A stretch of 64,000 nucleotides of DNA from Sorangium sp. (lineage in GTDB: Bacteria > Myxococcota_A > Polyangia > Polyangiales > Polyangiaceae). The notes beneath the pieces are model-generated. The model was not told the DNA's origin. It ran no database searches and saw nothing but the letters and a program-made list of their open reading frames with translations. Shown piece by piece: positions 59,728 to 64,000 of the stretch (positions are counted from its first letter, which is position 1; each line of letters opens with the position of its first letter). Position numbers and translations under genes: made by a program. Where the stretch lies: positions 2,343-66,342 of the forward strand of contig JAEUAF010000335.1 of NCBI GenBank assembly GCA_019695485.1. Direction: 5' to 3'.

Positions 59728-61448
59728 TCGTCGTCGGTGGTGCGGCTCTTGTCTTCGCCAAAGCTTCCGTCGACGACGAGTTTCGCACCGGCGGCCTTAC
59801 GCAGCCCTGCCACATACTCCGCCACGGCCTCGTCCGCCTTGTATTGTAGGAGGGTCGCGCGAAGCTCTTCGGCTTCGGCCTTCTCGGGGGCGGTGCGCTC
59901 CTTCAGCTGAAAGAGCACCCAGCCGCTGGCGGTTTCGAGCGGCTTGTCCACGATCTGATCGGGCTTCGAGAGCTCGAAGGCCTTGGCGGCGATCGAGTCT
60001 TTGGGCTCGAGATCAGGGAGCGGATTTCCCGAGCGCGGGAACGGCGCCGAGACTTCGAAGTGGGGGCGATCGGACGCCGCAAGGGCCTGGGTTTCCGGGG
60101 ACGCGATCGGAGTCTTACCGGCGTGAGGTTTGGCGGCCGGAGCGGGGCGACTCTTCGCTGCCTGCTCCGTGGCTTCGCGGACCGCGTCTTCCAGCTTCTG
60201 ACCAGCTTTCACGCGTTCAATCAGATCGCTCGCAAACTTGTGGGCCGCTTCGTCCGCGGCGAAGTGCGTGTAGAGCCCGCGCGCGACGTGGCGGCGTCCG
60301 ACCTCTTCGAGCTTGGCGGCGTCGACTTGCGCCTCGACCTGGACGACGTGGAGCCCGCGCGGGGTGTCGATGACCTGTGAGATCTCGCCGGTCTTCAGCG
60401 AAGCCACGGCCTTGCTGAGCTCGTCGTAGCCGAGACCGTAGCTCTTCGAGAGGCAGCCAAGCTCACCGCCGAGGAGCGCGGCCGGTCCGCTCGAGAGAGC
60501 GCGCGCCACATCCCCAAACGGTTCGCCTCCGACCAAGCGAGCGCGCGCCTCGTTCGCCTTTTGGCGGAGCGGGTTCTGCTCCTCATCGACGGCCATGGAT
60601 TGCATTGGGATCACGACCTCGCGGACCAGCGAGCAACCCGCGGTCCAGTTGGCCTTCTCGGCTTCCCAGGCGCCGTCGACTTGCGAGCGGTTCTCGAATG
60701 ACCAGCGATCCACGGCGGCGTCGGAGGAGTCGACGGCGTACTTGGCGAACCAATCGCGGCTCACGCTCGCGCTGCGAATCACCGCGCGCTCTCCCAAGGC
60801 CTCGATCTCGGCGGGGCTCACGCGCACGCGCGAACGAACCATGCCGCGCAGGCGCTCGGCGAGTAGCTCCTTTTCTTGCATGGACTTGAATTCACGCGGC
60901 CCGCGATTCGATAGCACGCGAATCTCACGCTCATAGAGCTTGTAGTCGAACGGCTCGTTCGGCGTTCGCTGCACGTGAAGCTGGCGCACCAGGCGCTCCG
61001 AGCCCCGCTCGCAACTGCCCCTGCCCTCGAGCCGGCACAGTCCGAGCTGAGCACTGAGCGGGCCGATGTCGCTGGCGGGCAGCGAGACGTGCGCTCGACC
61101 CGCCTCGAGCTCGGCGTTGATAGTGTCTTCGCCCACGCCCAAATCGAGAGAGCGCGCGCGCTCGACCAGCAGTTCGCGTTCCACGAGCCCGTCCAGAACC
61201 TTGCGACGCAGGCCGAGGCGCTTGATCGAAGCAGCGTCCGCGCCGCGGGGCACGACCAATCCCAGCTCGGCGAAGTATTCCTTCTGGTCCAAGCAGGTGC
61301 CGCGGAACTCGACGACGCATTGCCGCTTGAATCCAGCGGTGGGTCCGCGGCCAGCGCGAAACTCCACCATGAACACTACGATGATGGTCGAAACGATGCC
61401 GCCCACCACAACCTGAGCGACGCCGCCGCCTCTAAAAAACCTGAGCAT
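59724..61448 (-). CDS. PpiD/SurA-like periplasmic foldase
   Basis: N-terminal TM, LDGLVERELL, FGDVARALS..GGELG, GEISQVIDTPRGLHVV. Confidence 0.8.
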   Translation of the reverse strand: MLRFFRGGGVAQVVVGGIVSTIIVVFMVEFRAGRGPTAGFKRQCVVEFRGTCLDQKEYFAELGLVVPRGADAASIKRLGLRRKVLDGLVERELLVERARSLDLGVGEDTINAELEAGRAHVSLPASDIGPLSAQLGLCRLEGRGSCERGSERLVRQLHVQRTPNEPFDYKLYEREIRVLSNRGPREFKSMQEKELLAERLRGMVRSRVRVSPAEIEALGERAVIRSASVSRDWFAKYAVDSSDAAVDRWSFENRSQVDGAWEAEKANWTAGCSLVREVVIPMQSMAVDEEQNPLRQKANEARARLVGGEPFGDVARALSSGPAALLGGELGCLSKSYGLGYDELSKAVASLKTGEISQVIDTPRGLHVVQVEAQVDAAKLEEVGRRHVARGLYTHFAADEAAHKFASDLIERVKAGQKLEDAVREATEQAAKSRPAPAAKPHAGKTPIASPETQALAASDRPHFEVSAPFPRSGNPLPDLEPKDSIAAKAFELSKPDQIVDKPLETASGWVLFQLKERTAPEKAEAEELRATLLQYKADEAVAEYVAGLRKAAGAKLVVDGSFGEDKSRTTDDE

Positions 61449-61547
61449 TTTAAACGACCGAGGGCGCCGCACATACCATGCCGCTCCGGCCGGATCCACG
61501 GACGAACCCCCGAGCAGCCGCGGTCGGCCGAAAGGCTGAGCGGGTGC

Positions 61548-61985
61548 TCAGGGGCGCGGTCGAGCCGATTTCTCGAAAGCCAGTGCGACCCGCAGCTCAC
61601 GCTCGAGTTCGGCCGGTTCGCCGAGCGGGCGCTCGAAATAGACCTCGTACCAAGTGTCGAGCGTGCGCGTCCGGTCCCCGGGATCGGCGATCGGAACGAT
61701 TTTGGTGCCGGTCTCCCGAAAGCCTCGGTTTTGGGCAGGTTCGGCGCAGCGCCGAGCACGCGCAAAGAGTAGGGACTCGCTCTCCGTTGGAAAGTCCGAA
61801 GCCTGGGCGCGAACCACGACACGCACCACGAGCGGTTCGCCTGCGCGTACCGACACCGCGCTGTCCATCAGCAGATTGTCGCGCACGCGATCCGCGATCT
61901 GCACTTCGCTGCCGTTGGTTCGATAGATTTCGAAGCCCTGGGCTTGCAGGGCCTTCTTCAGCTCGGTCGGCGTTAGGTCGGGCAT
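61548..61985 (-). CDS. Hypothetical protein (145 aa)
   Basis: Protein-like ORF co-oriented with the downstream foldase. Confidence 0.7.
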   Translation of the reverse strand: MPDLTPTELKKALQAQGFEIYRTNGSEVQIADRVRDNLLMDSAVSVRAGEPLVVRVVVRAQASDFPTESESLLFARARRCAEPAQNRGFRETGTKIVPIADPGDRTRTLDTWYEVYFERPLGEPAELERELRVALAFEKSARPRP

Positions 61986-62195
61986 GTCGAGAGGGCGTGT
62001 GTGCGGGGCGCCAAGTCAATGCTTGGAGCTTGCTAGCCACAGGACTCCAGCGCGGAAAAGTAGCGTCCAATCAAGAAGATCGTCAAGCTTTCGGCTCCAA
62101 GAACCTCGCCTCGAACGCGTTCGCGGGCTCGAAATTCGCCGATCTTTCGGCCCGTAGCTGAAAGACATTCCCAAAAGGCGGGCATCCCCCGACTG

Positions 62196-62570
62196 GTGGT
62201 ATGGTTCCAAATCCCCGTGAAAAGCCAGCCCCCTTCCGGTTCCTCGGCGCCACCGGCGTGGACGCCAAGGCGCAGCGTGGGCGGCGCCCGCAGGGAGGCG
62301 ACCGAAAGGGTCTTGCTGTCGGCACCTGGCTTTCAAACCAGCGGGTGGACTTTGAACGTGAGCCGTGGCGGGCTGCGCGCCATAGTAGAAGAGCGCCTGG
62401 CACCCGGCGTGGAGTACGAAATTCTCGTGGGTGATGCCACGGCCCCACGGCGCATCGCGCTGGTCTGGTCGCAGGAACAAGCAGATGGCCAGATTGTCGG
62501 TCTCAAATACCTCGACGTCGATGGTTCGGTGCCTCCTCGCGAGGGTTCCGCGCCGCCCGAGGACGACTGA
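62196..62570 (+). CDS. Degenerate PilZ-like domain protein
   Basis: NVSRGG motif and LVW...VGLKY; canonical RxxxR not evident; start uncertain. Confidence 0.65.
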   Translation: MVWFQIPVKSQPPSGSSAPPAWTPRRSVGGARREATERVLLSAPGFQTSGWTLNVSRGGLRAIVEERLAPGVEYEILVGDATAPRRIALVWSQEQADGQIVGLKYLDVDGSVPPREGSAPPEDD

Positions 62571-64000
62571 GTGAGCGTCGGGCAGGTCCGAGAATTGCTC
62601 GGGCCGAGCGGACCGCTCGCGCGCATGCTCTCCGGCTACGAGGAACGGCCGGGCCAGCTGGCCATGGCCGAGGCGGTCGAACGCGCGTTATCCGCGGAAC
62701 GAGTGGTGCTTTGCGAGGCCGGAACCGGTACCGGGAAAACCCTCGCCTACCTGCTTCCGGCGCTGCTCTCCGGCCGCAAGGTGATCATTTCCACCGCGAC
62801 CCGAGCGCTCCAAGAACAGATTTACTTCAAGGACGTGCCGCTCGTGGCGGCCGCGTTCGGCCTTCAGCCGCGCGTGGCCTTGATGAAGGGTGTTGGCAAT
62901 TACTTGTGTCGGCGGCGCTTCGCCGAATTTCGACACAGCGCCAACGCCTTGCGCCCCGGCTTTGCGCGTGGCCTCGGCGCGGTCGAGGCTTGGGTTGCCG
63001 ACACGGAGACTGGCGATTTGAGCGAGCTCGCTTCGCTCGCCGAGGACGACCCCGTAAGGCTCGAGGTAGCGTCGTCGAGTGATACGCGGATTGGGTCCGC
63101 GTGCGAACACTATAACGAGTGCTTCGTCACGCGCATGAAACGCGAAGCCGAAGCCGCCCAGGTCGTGGTGGTGAACCATCACCTGTTCTTCGCGGATATT
63201 GCCCTGCGCGGGCCGCATCCGGCGCGTGTGCTGCCGGACTACGAGGCGGTGATCTTCGACGAGGCACATCAGCTCGAAGACGTGGCGACGGAGTTTTTTA
63301 GTGTGCGCATCTCGAGCGTGCGTATCGAGCGAATGCTCGGCGATCTGGAGCGTGCGCTGGGCGTCGCCGGCAACGCGGACCCACTCTTCACGAGCGGCGC
63401 CGAGCGCGGTCCACTGCTCGAAGTGCAGCGCGTGAGCGAGGCGTTCTTTCGCGAGCTACGCAAGCACGCAAGCTCAGACGAGACTCGCGTGGCGCTCGAG
63501 CGTGACATATGGGTGGGGGAGTTGCAGCGCGTGTTTCACGCGCTCGACTCCGCGCTGGAAGGCGTCGGCGCGCTTGCCGCGAGCGTTGCCGGGCGCGTGG
63601 CGAGCGAAAGCTCCCCGCGCAAGCGCGCGGCCGGAGACGCCTTGGCGCTCGCTGAGCGGCGTGCCGAACAGCTTCGCGAGCAGCTCTCTGCGATCGTCGA
63701 TGCTGGGCGTGGCCGTGTGGTTTGGCTCGAGGTTTCGAAGCGGCGCGTCGTGCTGAGTGCCACGCCTGTCGATTTGTCGATTTTACTGCGTGAACGCGTG
63801 TTCGAGACTGTGCCGGCCTGCGTCCTGACCAGCGCTACCTTGGCGACTTCGCACACCGACGGCGAAAGCGGGAAGTCCGCGTTCGAGTATGTGCGCGGCA
63901 GGCTCGGACTCAGCGACGATCTGGGGCGCGTCGACGAACTCGTGGTGAGCTCCCCCTTCGACTTCTCGAAGCAAGCGCTGCTCTACACGCCGAAGGACTT
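62571..64000 (+). CDS. yoaA: DinG/YoaA-family ATP-dependent helicase, 3'-truncated (absent from ORF track)
   Basis: From GTG 62571: YEERPGQ (Q motif), EAGTGTGKT, LQEQI, KGVGNYLC, VVNHHL, DEAH, LTSATL, SPFDF. Confidence 0.92.
   Translation, partial: MSVGQVRELLGPSGPLARMLSGYEERPGQLAMAEAVERALSAERVVLCEAGTGTGKTLAYLLPALLSGRKVIISTATRALQEQIYFKDVPLVAAAFGLQPRVALMKGVGNYLCRRRFAEFRHSANALRPGFARGLGAVEAWVADTETGDLSELASLAEDDPVRLEVASSSDTRIGSACEHYNECFVTRMKREAEAAQVVVVNHHLFFADIALRGPHPARVLPDYEAVIFDEAHQLEDVATEFFSVRISSVRIERMLGDLERALGVAGNADPLFTSGAERGPLLEVQRVSEAFFRELRKHASSDETRVALERDIWVGELQRVFHALDSALEGVGALAASVAGRVASESSPRKRAAGDALALAERRAEQLREQLSAIVDAGRGRVVWLEVSKRRVVLSATPVDLSILLRERVFETVPACVLTSATLATSHTDGESGKSAFEYVRGRLGLSDDLGRVDELVVSSPFDFSKQALLYTPKD

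Overview
High-GC bacterial chromosomal DNA. The gene content points to a myxobacterium (Polyangiaceae/Sorangiineae-like): eukaryotic-type Ser/Thr kinase, CdnL, AgmX/PglI-type TonB-C domain, CglB-like vWA lipoprotein and a giant TPR protein. This taxonomic call is inference. The window is densely coding with about 60 CDS. Most are housekeeping or envelope genes: trmL, rnc, cdnL, ppx, coaD, thiolase, purC, a pal-tolQRAB cluster, mfd, aroC, acyl-CoA dehydrogenase, chorismate mutase, M16 and M50 peptidases, two parvulin-type PPIases and a DinG/YoaA helicase cut by the right edge. Many lineage-type hypothetical proteins are interspersed. I found no rRNA, tRNA, CRISPR array, transposase, integrase or prophage. 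The most notable signals are: (1) a 49-aa histone-H1-like gene missed by the ORF track, with a promoter-like element, an RBS-occluding leader and a heavily structured ~280-nt trailer; (2) a ~250-nt structured leader between a near-consensus sigma70 promoter and cdnL; (3) a DHH-family protein with rearranged motif order; (4) an orphan FliH/SctL-like gene translationally coupled to a small ORF and a site-2 protease; (5) a TPR/twin-retropepsin lipoprotein with degenerate catalytic motifs; (6) a YoaA/DinG helicase with Arg in place of one Fe-S cysteine; (7) two unrelated membrane proteins that both end in HTLH. No single new multi-gene system is proven from sequence alone. All family calls are by motif recognition, not database search, and many start codons are best guesses.
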